A DNA stretch of 64,000 nt. It comes from a phage. Of this stretch, positions 36,557 to 46,091 are shown piece by piece. The first letter of the stretch is position 1; each line of letters starts with the position of its first letter. Location: sequence record PV946933.1, one strand, 5' to 3'. A program made the translations under genes and the position numbers. The notes below the pieces were generated by a model. That model saw only the letters and a list, made by a program, of their open reading frames with translations, did not search any database and had not been told where the DNA came from.

Positions 36557-37188
36557 ATGTGCCACATGTTTATAAGTATAAACATCCTAAAACTAAAAAG
36601 TGGTATATAGGAAGTCACGATGGTCACAACCCGAATTATGATGGTTCGGGTGTAGTTTGGCAACATGCTAAAAAGAAATATGGAATAAAATCCTTTAATA
36701 AAGAAATATTATATGAAGGACCGATGTTTAGACAAGTTGAAGAAATTATTTTAACTTGTTTAGATGCTGCTAATTGCCCGGATTCATATAATTTAAAGAA
36801 TGAAGCGTGGGGAGGAAGTTTTCCAGGTAAATTAAATGGAATGTACGGTAAGAAACTATCTCCAGAAGAAAGATATAAATGTGGAAATGCCTTTCGTGGA
36901 ATCAAGCGTCCTGATCATTCTAAAAGAATGAAAGGCGAAGGTAATCCAATGTATGGTAAAAATGAACAGGCATATGGAATTATAAATCGAGCAAAGGAAA
37001 ATTCTGGTAAAACTTATGAAGAAATTTTTGGCGCAGAAAAAGCTAAAATAATTAAAGAAACGATGTCTAAAAATCGTAAAGGAAAACCTCATAATTTGAT
37101 AGAAAAAATATGTCCGCATTGCGGACTAAAAGGACGTGGGCCAAATATGACAAGATACCATTTTGACAAATGTAAGGCACTTAAATGA
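36547..37188 (+). CDS. GIY-YIG-type homing-endonuclease-like protein with NUMOD3 repeats and C-terminal zinc finger
   Basis: VYKY...KWYIGS (GIY-YIG-like), NLKNE, repeated G-x-K/R-x-S/P-x-E/H motifs, CPHCG...C; start overlaps gene 42 stop. Confidence 0.55.
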   Translation: MEVNVPHVYKYKHPKTKKWYIGSHDGHNPNYDGSGVVWQHAKKKYGIKSFNKEILYEGPMFRQVEEIILTCLDAANCPDSYNLKNEAWGGSFPGKLNGMYGKKLSPEERYKCGNAFRGIKRPDHSKRMKGEGNPMYGKNEQAYGIINRAKENSGKTYEEIFGAEKAKIIKETMSKNRKGKPHNLIEKICPHCGLKGRGPNMTRYHFDKCKALK

Positions 37189-38027
37189 TTCAATTCGTAA
37201 TTCCAAGTTATCAACGCGTAGGGGCAGTTTCTGCCCTTGATATGTTTCCATCTGATTATGAACCACATATTGTAGTACGTAAACACGAAGAAAAAGCTTA
37301 TTATGACGCTTATGGGTCTAGAGCTAAAATTATAACTATTCCTGATGATGTTAATGGAATTGCTGGTACTCGTAAAGCAATTACTGATATGTATGCAGGT
37401 CAACGAATTTGGATGATTGATGATGATACTACTATTCGTATGAGTTCAATGCGAAAGAAAGATGATCGTCGCTGCGTAGATAAAATTAATCAATTAACCC
37501 GTGAACAGTTCTATGAATTGATTCAATACGTTGAAGATGCCATGGATTGCGGGTATTATCATGGCCATGCTCGTCTACCTATTTTTAAAATTACTTCATC
37601 TTGGGGTAATTATCGTGAAAATTCATATGGATTCACGAATACTTGGTATGACCTCGGGAAACTTACTACAGAACAAATTGGGTATGGAAAAATTGATTTA
37701 TGCGAAGATATGTATGCATTTCTCAATTTAATTAATCAAGGTTATCCGCATTTGGCCTTGTTCAAATATCTGGTTGTATCTGGAAAAGCACAAGCTCCTG
37801 GCGGATGTAGTTCAATTCGTAGTAATTCAAAACATAATAGAGCGCTCGAGCAAATCAATAGAGAGTTTCCAGAGCAAGCTCGTTGGAAAACTTCTAATAT
37901 TGAAAAACGAAAATCATTAGGTGAAGAAGACGAGCCATTAAAGGTTCTTCGTATGTGTGTTTCGCGCAAAGAAAAATCAGAAGCGTTTCATAAGTTTAGT
38001 GCTATTCATCCAATAGCAGTTGATTAA
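37185..38027 (+). CDS. GT-A fold glycosyltransferase; candidate beta-glucosyl-HMC-alpha-glucosyltransferase (T2/T6 type)
   Basis: VIPSYQR N-terminal motif and DDD (DxD) motif; occupies the beta-gt slot between 42 and uvsX. Confidence 0.55.
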   Translation: MIQFVIPSYQRVGAVSALDMFPSDYEPHIVVRKHEEKAYYDAYGSRAKIITIPDDVNGIAGTRKAITDMYAGQRIWMIDDDTTIRMSSMRKKDDRRCVDKINQLTREQFYELIQYVEDAMDCGYYHGHARLPIFKITSSWGNYRENSYGFTNTWYDLGKLTTEQIGYGKIDLCEDMYAFLNLINQGYPHLALFKYLVVSGKAQAPGGCSSIRSNSKHNRALEQINREFPEQARWKTSNIEKRKSLGEEDEPLKVLRMCVSRKEKSEAFHKFSAIHPIAVD

Positions 38028-38051
38028 TGCCTAAATTTATTGTGTTATAAT
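38026..38051 (+). promoter_or_regulatory. middle promoter candidate upstream of uvsX
   Basis: Degenerate MotA box AATGCCTAA, 11-nt spacer, TATAAT. Confidence 0.4.
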
Positions 38052-38104
38052 TACTTTATCTTTAACCAGTGAGGAAAATATAATGATGCCTATGGAAAAA
38101 ATGA

Positions 38105-39286
38105 ATGTCTATTGCAGATTTAAAATCCCGTTTGATTAAAGCTTCCACTTCTAAAATGACTGCTGAACTGACTACATCTAAATTCTTTAATGAAAAGGAT
38201 GTAATCCGTACGAAAATCCCAATGCTTAATATCGCTATTTCTGGCGCGATTGATGGTGGTATGCAGTCTGGTTTAACTATTTTTGCAGGTCCTTCTAAAC
38301 ACTTTAAATCAAATATGTCTTTGACTATGGTTGCGGCGTATTTGAACAAATATCCTGATGCGGTTTGTTTATTCTATGATAGCGAATTTGGTATCACTCC
38401 AGCTTATTTGCGATCCATGGGAGTTGACCCGGAACGAGTAATTCATACACCAATCCAGTCAGTTGAACAACTGAAAATTGATATGGTGAATCAGCTTGAA
38501 GCTATCGAGCGCGGTGAAAAAGTTATTGTATTCATCGACTCAATCGGTAATATGGCTTCTAAGAAAGAAACGGAAGATGCCTTGAATGAAAAATCTGTGG
38601 CAGATATGACTCGTGCTAAATCACTGAAGTCATTATTCCGTATTGTTACTCCTTATTTTAGTATTAAAAACATTCCATGTGTTGCGGTTAACCATACAAT
38701 TGAAACAATTGAAATGTTTAGTAAAACCGTGATGACAGGTGGTACAGGCGTAATGTATTCGGCTGATACTGTATTCATTATCGGTAAGCGCCAGATTAAA
38801 GATGGTTCCGATCTTCAGGGATATCAATTTGTTCTAAATGTAGAAAAATCTCGTACTGTCAAAGAAAAAAGTAAATTCTTTATTGATGTTAAATTTGACG
38901 GTGGTATCGATCCTTATTCTGGATTGTTAGATATGGCTCTTGAATTAGGATTTGTAGTAAAACCTAAAAATGGCTGGTATGCTCGTGAATTTCTTGATGA
39001 AGAAACCGGCGAGATGATTCGCGAAGAAAAATCTTGGCGTGCAAAAGATACCAATTGCACTACATTCTGGGGTCCTTTATTTAAGCATCAACCATTCCGA
39101 GATGCTATTAAACGTGCTTATCAGTTAGGTGCTATTGATAGTAATGAAATTGTTGAAGCTGAAGTCGACGAATTGATTAACTCAAAGGTTGAAAAATTTA
39201 AATCTCCAGAAAGTAAAAGTAAATCAGCTGCTGATTTAGAAACTGACCTAGAACAGTTAAGTGATATGGAAGAATTTAATGAATAA
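38105..39286 (+). CDS. uvsX: RecA-like recombinase UvsX
   Basis: 393 aa; Walker A GPSKHFKS; near-identical to recalled T4 UvsX. Confidence 0.93.
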   Translation: MSIADLKSRLIKASTSKMTAELTTSKFFNEKDVIRTKIPMLNIAISGAIDGGMQSGLTIFAGPSKHFKSNMSLTMVAAYLNKYPDAVCLFYDSEFGITPAYLRSMGVDPERVIHTPIQSVEQLKIDMVNQLEAIERGEKVIVFIDSIGNMASKKETEDALNEKSVADMTRAKSLKSLFRIVTPYFSIKNIPCVAVNHTIETIEMFSKTVMTGGTGVMYSADTVFIIGKRQIKDGSDLQGYQFVLNVEKSRTVKEKSKFFIDVKFDGGIDPYSGLLDMALELGFVVKPKNGWYAREFLDEETGEMIREEKSWRAKDTNCTTFWGPLFKHQPFRDAIKRAYQLGAIDSNEIVEAEVDELINSKVEKFKSPESKSKSAADLETDLEQLSDMEEFNE

Positions 39287-39623
39287 AGATGATTTAGATT
39301 TAGATCTAGAAATTATCGACGAATCCCCCTCTTCAGAGGGGGAAGAAGAAAGAAAAGAACGCCTTTTTAATGAATCTCTTAAGATAATTAAATCTGCCAT
39401 GGAAAATGTTATCCAGGAGATTGTCATTAAACTAGAAGACGGTTCTACACACATTGTGTATGTGACAAAATTAGATTGGGTTGATGGAAAAGTCGTAATG
39501 GACTTTGCTGTTCTTGACCAAGAAAGAAAAGCTGAGTTAGCTCCTCATGTAGAAAAATGTATTACAATGCAACTACAAGATGCATTTAATAAAAGGTCAA
39601 AGAAAAAATTTAAATTCTTTTAA
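39279..39623 (+). CDS. 40: head vertex assembly chaperone gp40 (about 114 aa)
   Basis: Acidic N-terminus; position between uvsX and 41. Confidence 0.6.
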   Translation: MNKDDLDLDLEIIDESPSSEGEEERKERLFNESLKIIKSAMENVIQEIVIKLEDGSTHIVYVTKLDWVDGKVVMDFAVLDQERKAELAPHVEKCITMQLQDAFNKRSKKKFKFF

Positions 39624-39632
39624 GGAGTAAGT

Positions 39633-41060
39633 GTGGTAGAAATTATTCTTTCTCATCTCATATTTGATCAAGCTTATTTTTCAAAAGTTTGGCCATATAT
39701 GGATTCAGAATATTTTGAAAGTGGTCCAGCTAAAAATACGTTCAAATTAATTAAATCTCATGTTAATGAGTACCATAGCGTTCCATCTATTAATGCGTTA
39801 AATGTTGCATTAGAAAATAGTTCATTTACTGAAACAGAATATTCTGGTGTAAAAACACTTATTTCAAAACTGGCTGATTCTCCGGAAGACCACAGTTGGT
39901 TAGTAAAAGAAACGGAAAAATATGTTCAGCAAAGGGCGATGTTTAATGCTACGTCTAAAATAATTGAAATTCAAACTAATGCTGAACTTCCTCCGGAAAA
40001 ACGAAATAAGAAAATGCCGGATGTTGGTGCTATTCCTGACATCATGCGCCAAGCATTATCAATTTCATTTGATAGTTACGTTGGTCATGATTGGATGGAT
40101 GACTATGAAGCACGTTGGCTATCTTATATGAATAAAGCCCGTAAGGTTCCATTTAAACTCAAAATTCTAAATAAAATTACTAAAGGCGGAGCTGAGACTG
40201 GAACACTGAACGTTTTAATGGCTGGTGTTAACGTTGGTAAGTCATTAGGATTATGTTCATTAGCAGCAGATTATTTACAGCTCGGACATAATGTTCTTTA
40301 CATTTCCATGGAAATGGCAGAAGAAGTCTGTGCTAAGCGTATTGATGCTAATATGCTTGATGTTTCTCTTGATGACATTGATGATGGACATATTTCTTAC
40401 GCTGAATATAAAGGAAAAATGGAAAAATGGCGTGAGAAATCTACTCTCGGTCGTTTAATCGTTAAACAGTATCCTACTGGTGGAGCAGACGCTAATACAT
40501 TTCGTTCTCTTTTGAACGAATTGAAGCTCAAGAAGAATTTTGTTCCAACAATCATTATTGTCGACTATCTAGGTATTTGTAAATCTTGCCGCATCAGAGT
40601 TTACTCAGAAAATAGTTACACAACTGTTAAAGCTATCGCAGAGGAATTGCGTGCTCTGGCTGTTGAAACCGAAACTGTTCTTTGGACTGCAGCGCAGGTT
40701 GGTAAGCAAGCTTGGGATTCTTCTGATGTTAACATGAGCGATATTGCAGAATCCGCCGGTCTTCCAGCAACAGCTGATTTTATGCTTGCGGTCATTGAAA
40801 CCGAGGAGTTAGCAGCTGCTGAACAACAACTCATTAAGCAAATCAAATCACGATATGGTGATAAGAATAAATGGAATAAGTTTTTGATGGGTGTTCAAAA
40901 AGGAAATCAAAAATGGGTAGAAATTGAGCAAGATTCTACTCCAACTGAAGTGAACGAAGTAGCAGGTTCACAGCAGATTCAGGCTGAACAGAACCGCTAT
41001 CAAAGAAATGAATCGGCTCGAGCTCAGTTAGATGCTTTGGCAAATGAATTAAAATTTTAG
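39633..41060 (+). CDS. 41: replicative helicase gp41 (DnaB-like)
   Basis: 475 aa; GTG start; Walker A GVNVGKS. Confidence 0.93.
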   Translation: MVEIILSHLIFDQAYFSKVWPYMDSEYFESGPAKNTFKLIKSHVNEYHSVPSINALNVALENSSFTETEYSGVKTLISKLADSPEDHSWLVKETEKYVQQRAMFNATSKIIEIQTNAELPPEKRNKKMPDVGAIPDIMRQALSISFDSYVGHDWMDDYEARWLSYMNKARKVPFKLKILNKITKGGAETGTLNVLMAGVNVGKSLGLCSLAADYLQLGHNVLYISMEMAEEVCAKRIDANMLDVSLDDIDDGHISYAEYKGKMEKWREKSTLGRLIVKQYPTGGADANTFRSLLNELKLKKNFVPTIIIVDYLGICKSCRIRVYSENSYTTVKAIAEELRALAVETETVLWTAAQVGKQAWDSSDVNMSDIAESAGLPATADFMLAVIETEELAAAEQQLIKQIKSRYGDKNKWNKFLMGVQKGNQKWVEIEQDSTPTEVNEVAGSQQIQAEQNRYQRNESARAQLDALANELKF

Positions 41061-41089
41061 TTTACAAGCTGACAAGACTATGGTATAGT
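41060..41089 (+). promoter_or_regulatory. T4-type early promoter inside 9-bp inverted repeat
   Basis: GTTTACAAG; arms ACAAGACTA 41072-41080 / TAGTCTTGT 41089-41097. Confidence 0.65.
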
Positions 41090-41118
41090 AGTCTTGTTGG
41101 TTAAATGAGGAGATTTTT

Positions 41119-41301
41119 ATGGAATTGGTAAAAGTAGTTTTTATGGGGTGGTTTAAGAATGAAAGCATGTTTACTAAAGAAATCACAATGATGAAAGATG
41201 ACGTTCAATGGGCTACTACTCAATATGCTGAAGTTAATAAAGCATTAGTTAAAGCTTTCATTGATGACAAGAAAGTATGTGAAGTGGATTGCCGAGGATA
41301 A
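41119..41301 (+). CDS. dmd: Dmd, antitoxin against RnlA/LsoA
   Basis: 60 aa ORF directly after gene 41, preceded by early promoter; length and position match T4 Dmd. Confidence 0.6.
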   Translation: MELVKVVFMGWFKNESMFTKEITMMKDDVQWATTQYAEVNKALVKAFIDDKKVCEVDCRG

Positions 41302-41302
41302 T

Positions 41303-41524
41303 ATGCATATTGTTTTATTTAAACCTACTCCGTATAATGTCAGGAAAAATACTCAATTCAAAGCACTTGTTGCAGATACGTGGGAATTGGTGTTAGATAT
41401 TCCAGCAGAAGAAAGTCCTCCATTTGGTCGAGTGGAATTTATTAAATTTGCTGTGCGCCCTACAAAGCGGCAGATTCGCCAATGCAAAAGATACTTTCGT
41501 AAAATCGTCAAGTTAGAGAAATAG
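41303..41524 (+). CDS. hypothetical basic protein (73 aa)
   Basis: RBS GAGGATAA. Confidence 0.45.
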   Translation: MHIVLFKPTPYNVRKNTQFKALVADTWELVLDIPAEESPPFGRVEFIKFAVRPTKRQIRQCKRYFRKIVKLEK

Positions 41525-41547
41525 TTATTGATGCTAGTAAAATAGTA

Positions 41548-41577
41548 GTTTACAAGCTGATAGAGTTGTGTTATAGT
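41548..41577 (+). promoter_or_regulatory. T4-type early promoter inside 9-bp inverted repeat
   Basis: GTTTACAAG; arms GCTGATAGA 41556-41564 / TCTATCAGC 41581-41589. Confidence 0.65.
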
Positions 41578-41609
41578 AATTCTATCAGCTAATCGCGGAG
41601 AAAAGAAAA

Positions 41610-41864
41610 ATGATGCTAGTTAATAGAGAATATCAGTTTAAATCAGAAGAAGATTTGGAAAAATTCGCAAGTGGTTGTGAACTGAATAGACGCACAGCTA
41701 AAGTCATAGGATTAAAACCCTTTACAGTTCTAGATTGTGAAGTTTCTAAATTCCGCAGAGGGTGTTCTATTAGCGGTCATGCTCTGGTTGATGGGAACAC
41801 ATTTTTCTTTGTTTTTAGCGTCAGAGAACTTTTATTGATTAACGAACTTGAGGAAATAAAATAG
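41610..41864 (+). CDS. hypothetical protein (84 aa)
   Basis: Early promoter 41548-41577 upstream. Confidence 0.45.
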   Translation: MMLVNREYQFKSEEDLEKFASGCELNRRTAKVIGLKPFTVLDCEVSKFRRGCSISGHALVDGNTFFFVFSVRELLLINELEEIK

Positions 41865-41893
41865 TTTACTTTTGTTGGAAATTGAGATACTAT
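41864..41893 (+). promoter_or_regulatory. T4-type early promoter
   Basis: GTTTAC-N18-TACTAT upstream of sp. Confidence 0.6.
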
Positions 41894-41921
41894 ATAAACA
41901 TAAACTACTGAGGAGATTATC

Positions 41922-42218
41922 ATGAAAAAATTTGTTTTTGCTGCAATTTTTGCTTTGGCTTCTTGTGCTGCTCAGCCTGCTATGGCGGGTTATGATAAAG
42001 ATTTGTGCGAATGGTCTATGACTGCAGATCAGACTGAGGTTGAAACTCAAATTGAAGCAGATATTATGAATATCGTTGAGCGTGATCGCCCTGAAATGAA
42101 AGCTGAAGTACAAAAACAGCTTAAGTCTGGTGGTGGTGTAATGCAGTATAATTATGTTTTGTATTGCGATAAAAACTTCAATAATAAAAATATCATCGCT
42201 GAAGTGGTAGGTGAATAA
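41922..42218 (+). CDS. sp: periplasmic Spackle protein
   Basis: 98 aa with signal peptide MKKFVFAAIFALASCAAQPAMA; recalled T4 Sp. Confidence 0.7.
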   Translation: MKKFVFAAIFALASCAAQPAMAGYDKDLCEWSMTADQTEVETQIEADIMNIVERDRPEMKAEVQKQLKSGGGVMQYNYVLYCDKNFNNKNIIAEVVGE

Positions 42219-42230
42219 TTAGAGGTTAAT

Positions 42231-42587
42231 ATGTATAGTTCTGAATTTTCATATTTAAAAATGGAAAAAATTTCATACGATTTTATAGATGAAAAGGTTT
42301 ATTACAGCTTCCATGAACCGCGTTTTAATAGTGAGGTTGGGTTTATTGTAGTAAAAGACAATTTCATTTTAAAAATATATTCGGCATTAAAGGATTTTCA
42401 CTACGAAAATATTAACCTAAAATTTGATAAAGAAAACGTTCGTAATTGCGCAGTAACAATTACAGGAAATAAAGATACATGCGTTATGCTATCTGATGAA
42501 ATTAATGATTTGCTAAATAATGCAGAAAAGATTACCGTTCCATCGATTGATGACCAAATTTTTAACGCTTTTATGAATAGAGGTTAA
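42231..42587 (+). CDS. 61.2-type protein (position of the anti-DarT factor AdfA in T-even phages)
   Basis: 118 aa ORF between sp and 61; assignment by position only. Confidence 0.4.
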   Translation: MYSSEFSYLKMEKISYDFIDEKVYYSFHEPRFNSEVGFIVVKDNFILKIYSALKDFHYENINLKFDKENVRNCAVTITGNKDTCVMLSDEINDLLNNAEKITVPSIDDQIFNAFMNRG

Positions 42588-42588
42588 T

Positions 42589-42753
42589 ATGAAAACATAT
42601 AAAGAATTTATTAAAGAAGATATGGTAGCTGGAGATTCAGGTGGTAATCCTGAAAATATCTCTACTGGAACAACGTCAGGTGCTGTAGTAAATAAAGGTC
42701 CTGAACAGATTCCTAAAAAGAAAAAAGAGGAATCTAAAGAAAAAGAAGAGTAA
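42589..42753 (+). CDS. hypothetical small Lys/Glu-rich protein (54 aa, not in track)
   Basis: ATG with RBS GAGG. Confidence 0.3.
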   Translation: MKTYKEFIKEDMVAGDSGGNPENISTGTTSGAVVNKGPEQIPKKKKEESKEKEE

Positions 42754-42755
42754 AA

Positions 42756-43784
42756 ATGTCATCGATACCTTGGATTGATAATGAGTTTGCATACCGTGCA
42801 TTAGCTCATTTACCTAAATTCACACAAGTAAATAATAGTTCAACTTTTAAATTACGGTTTAGATGCCCTGTTTGTGGAGATTCAAAAACCGACCAAAATA
42901 AAGCCCGTGGATGGTATTACGGTGATAATAATGAAGGAAATATTCATTGCTATAACTGTAACTATCATGCACCAATCGGAATATATTTAAAGGAGTTTGA
43001 ACCTGATTTATATCGTGAGTATATCTTTGAAATAAGAAAAGAAAAAGGTAAAAGTCGTCCAGTAGAAAAACCTAAAGAACTTCCTAAACAACCCGAGAAA
43101 AAAATAATTAAATCTCTTCCGTCATGCATTAGATTAGATAAACTGGCGGAAGACCATCCAATTATAAAATACGTAAAAGCTCGTTGTATTCCAAAGGATA
43201 AATGGAAATATCTTTGGTTTACAACCGAATGGCCTAAATTAGTTAATAGCATAGCGCCAGGAACATATAAAAAGGAAATACCTGAGCCTCGTCTTGTTAT
43301 TCCAATTTATAATGCTAATGGAAAAGCTGAGTCTTTTCAAGGACGCGCATTAAAGAAAGATGCTCCCCAAAAATATATCACCATCAAAGCTTATCCTGAG
43401 GCAACAAAAATTTATGGTGTTGAACGAGTTAAAGATGGTGATGTATATGTTCTAGAAGGACCTATAGATTCACTTTTTATTGAAAATGGTATAGCTATTA
43501 CGGGTGGTCAATTAGACCTAGAAATTGTTCCATTTAAAGATAGACGTGTATGGGTTTTAGATAATGAACCTCGTCATCCTGATACTATTAAACGAATGAC
43601 TAAATTAGTTGACGCAGGAGAAAGGGTTATGTTTTGGGATAAATCTCCCTGGAAATCAAAAGATGTTAATGATATGATTAGAAAGGAAGGTGCAACCCCT
43701 GAACAAATTATGGAATATATGAAAAATAATATTGCCCAAGGGTTGATGGCTAAAATGCGGCTATCTAAATATGCTAAGATTTAA
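42756..43784 (+). CDS. 61: DNA primase gp61
   Basis: 342 aa; N-terminal zinc ribbon CPVCGDS...CYNC; TOPRIM-like core. Confidence 0.92.
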   Translation: MSSIPWIDNEFAYRALAHLPKFTQVNNSSTFKLRFRCPVCGDSKTDQNKARGWYYGDNNEGNIHCYNCNYHAPIGIYLKEFEPDLYREYIFEIRKEKGKSRPVEKPKELPKQPEKKIIKSLPSCIRLDKLAEDHPIIKYVKARCIPKDKWKYLWFTTEWPKLVNSIAPGTYKKEIPEPRLVIPIYNANGKAESFQGRALKKDAPQKYITIKAYPEATKIYGVERVKDGDVYVLEGPIDSLFIENGIAITGGQLDLEIVPFKDRRVWVLDNEPRHPDTIKRMTKLVDAGERVMFWDKSPWKSKDVNDMIRKEGATPEQIMEYMKNNIAQGLMAKMRLSKYAKI

Positions 43785-43981
43785 ATTAATCCAACTAAAG
43801 CAAATGCTAAATCTACGAATGTATCGAGAGTAATTACTGGAATACTAACGCCATGAGCAATAGCAATTGGCGATAAAATAAAGTTCCATAGTAAAATTCC
43901 TATCATAGCAGAAATAGTAAAAGCTATACGTTTTTTATTACCTTTTATGGCATTAACAAGTGCCATTAATTTTTGTACCAT
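43781..43981 (-). CDS. small membrane protein (66 aa), only convincing minus-strand gene
   Basis: Two hydrophobic helices; RBS AGGAGG and late-promoter-like ATAAATAT upstream on minus strand; lies in an otherwise non-coding gap. Confidence 0.5.
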   Translation of the reverse strand: MVQKLMALVNAIKGNKKRIAFTISAMIGILLWNFILSPIAIAHGVSIPVITLDTFVDLAFALVGLI

Positions 43982-44002
43982 GCGTCGTCCTCCTTTAAAT
44001 TA

Positions 44003-44012
44003 AATATTTATC
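44003..44012 (-). promoter_or_regulatory. late-promoter-like element for minus-strand membrane ORF
   Basis: ATAAATAT on minus strand (7/8 of TATAAATA) followed by AGGAGG. Confidence 0.35.
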
Positions 44013-44030
44013 GCAAATTTTACAAAATTT

Positions 44031-44060
44031 GTTTACTTTCTCAGCTTGCTGTGGTATTAT
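44031..44060 (+). promoter_or_regulatory. T4-type early promoter
   Basis: GTTTAC-N18-TATTAT; inverted repeat CTCAGC 44040-44045 / GCTGAG 44071-44076 includes RBS. Confidence 0.65.
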
Positions 44061-44085
44061 AAAATAAACTGCTGAGGATAATATA

Positions 44086-44523
44086 ATGATTAATAAAATT
44101 GTACATGAAATGGCTTTAAACGGAGATTCATATAAAATATCTGCCGTAGTTGAAAATTTCATACTTAATAAAGTAAAAGAATATTTCACTGATTGTTCAG
44201 TTAGTTATCAAGAAAAAATGGTTTTAATCGACGATACTGAAAAATCAAATAATTTGTTTTGTTCGAATTTTACAACTAAGAAGCGTACTAGAAGATTTGA
44301 TATTGTCATTTCTCGCAATGGTAAAAAGCATATAATTGAAATCAAACACCAAGTTGGTGGAGGTACAGCCATTGATTCGGTTGGAATATATCTGGAAGAT
44401 AAAGATAAATTAAAAGAATACACAAAAACTGAAAATCCTGTGTCATTGATGATATTAGATTTTTTGCCATGCGGATATTATCCGCGTAATAAGTGGACAA
44501 AAAGAGAATCATTTACTGATTGA
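44086..44523 (+). CDS. hypothetical protein with PD-(D/E)xK-like motif (145 aa)
   Basis: RFDIVI...HIIEIKHQ resembles the D...E-x-K nuclease core; early promoter upstream. Confidence 0.45.
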   Translation: MINKIVHEMALNGDSYKISAVVENFILNKVKEYFTDCSVSYQEKMVLIDDTEKSNNLFCSNFTTKKRTRRFDIVISRNGKKHIIEIKHQVGGGTAIDSVGIYLEDKDKLKEYTKTENPVSLMILDFLPCGYYPRNKWTKRESFTD

Positions 44524-44640
44524 TAATCCAACCATCCAAGCAAGGTTTAATGAATATGCTAAATCACAAAACGTGTTAGTATTACTATCAAATACATATG
44601 ATGAAGAATTATATAATTCGTTTTTTGCTGCAATAAATGA

Positions 44641-45429
<789 letters not shown>

Positions 45430-45489
45430 CTGCTTATATATTCAAATGATATAATTATTTAACTTATTAATGAATTGAAAGGAAAAATA

Positions 45490-46008
45490 ATGGCTTACTT
45501 TAACGAATGTTCACAATTGATCGAAGGCGCTGATAAAGCTCAAAATGAATACTGGGATATTCTCGGTGATGAAAAAGACCCTCTGCAGGTTATGCTTGAT
45601 ATGCAGAAATCTCTGCAAGTTCGTTTAGCTAAAGATAAACCTGAATATAACCGTCATCCTGATGATTTGGCTACCGCAGGTGAAGTTGTTGATTGGCTGC
45701 GTAATCAGAAAGATTATATTGACGATGAATTCCGTGAACTTCTAACTTCTCTTGGCGGTATGAGCAATGGCGAAAAAGATGCATCTGCTGTATGGAAGCC
45801 TTGGAAAGCTCAACATGGTGAACGCCGTGAAACTCTAATTACTGATTTGTCTCCACAAGACCAGTTGGAAATTAAATTCGAAATGATCGATATTCTTCAT
45901 TTCGTTCTGAACATGTTCCAAGGTCTTGGTCTTACGGCTGAAGAAATCTTTAAACTTTATTATCTGAAAAATGCTGAAAACTTCGCTCGTCAAGACCGAG
46001 GTTATTAA
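45490..46008 (+). CDS. 56: dCTPase/dUTPase gp56
   Basis: 172 aa from ATG 45490; MazG-like; recalled T4 gp56. Confidence 0.85.
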   Translation: MAYFNECSQLIEGADKAQNEYWDILGDEKDPLQVMLDMQKSLQVRLAKDKPEYNRHPDDLATAGEVVDWLRNQKDYIDDEFRELLTSLGGMSNGEKDASAVWKPWKAQHGERRETLITDLSPQDQLEIKFEMIDILHFVLNMFQGLGLTAEEIFKLYYLKNAENFARQDRGY

Positions 46009-46053
46009 TAGCTCGTTTATTTAAACGACGACTTAAAAGCCGCGAGAATTTAT

Positions 46054-46061
46054 TATAAATA
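46054..46061 (+). promoter_or_regulatory. late promoter of soc
   Basis: TATAAATA about 30 nt upstream of soc ATG. Confidence 0.65.
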
Positions 46062-46091
46062 ATCATGTAATTTAAATAAAAGGAGAATTAC

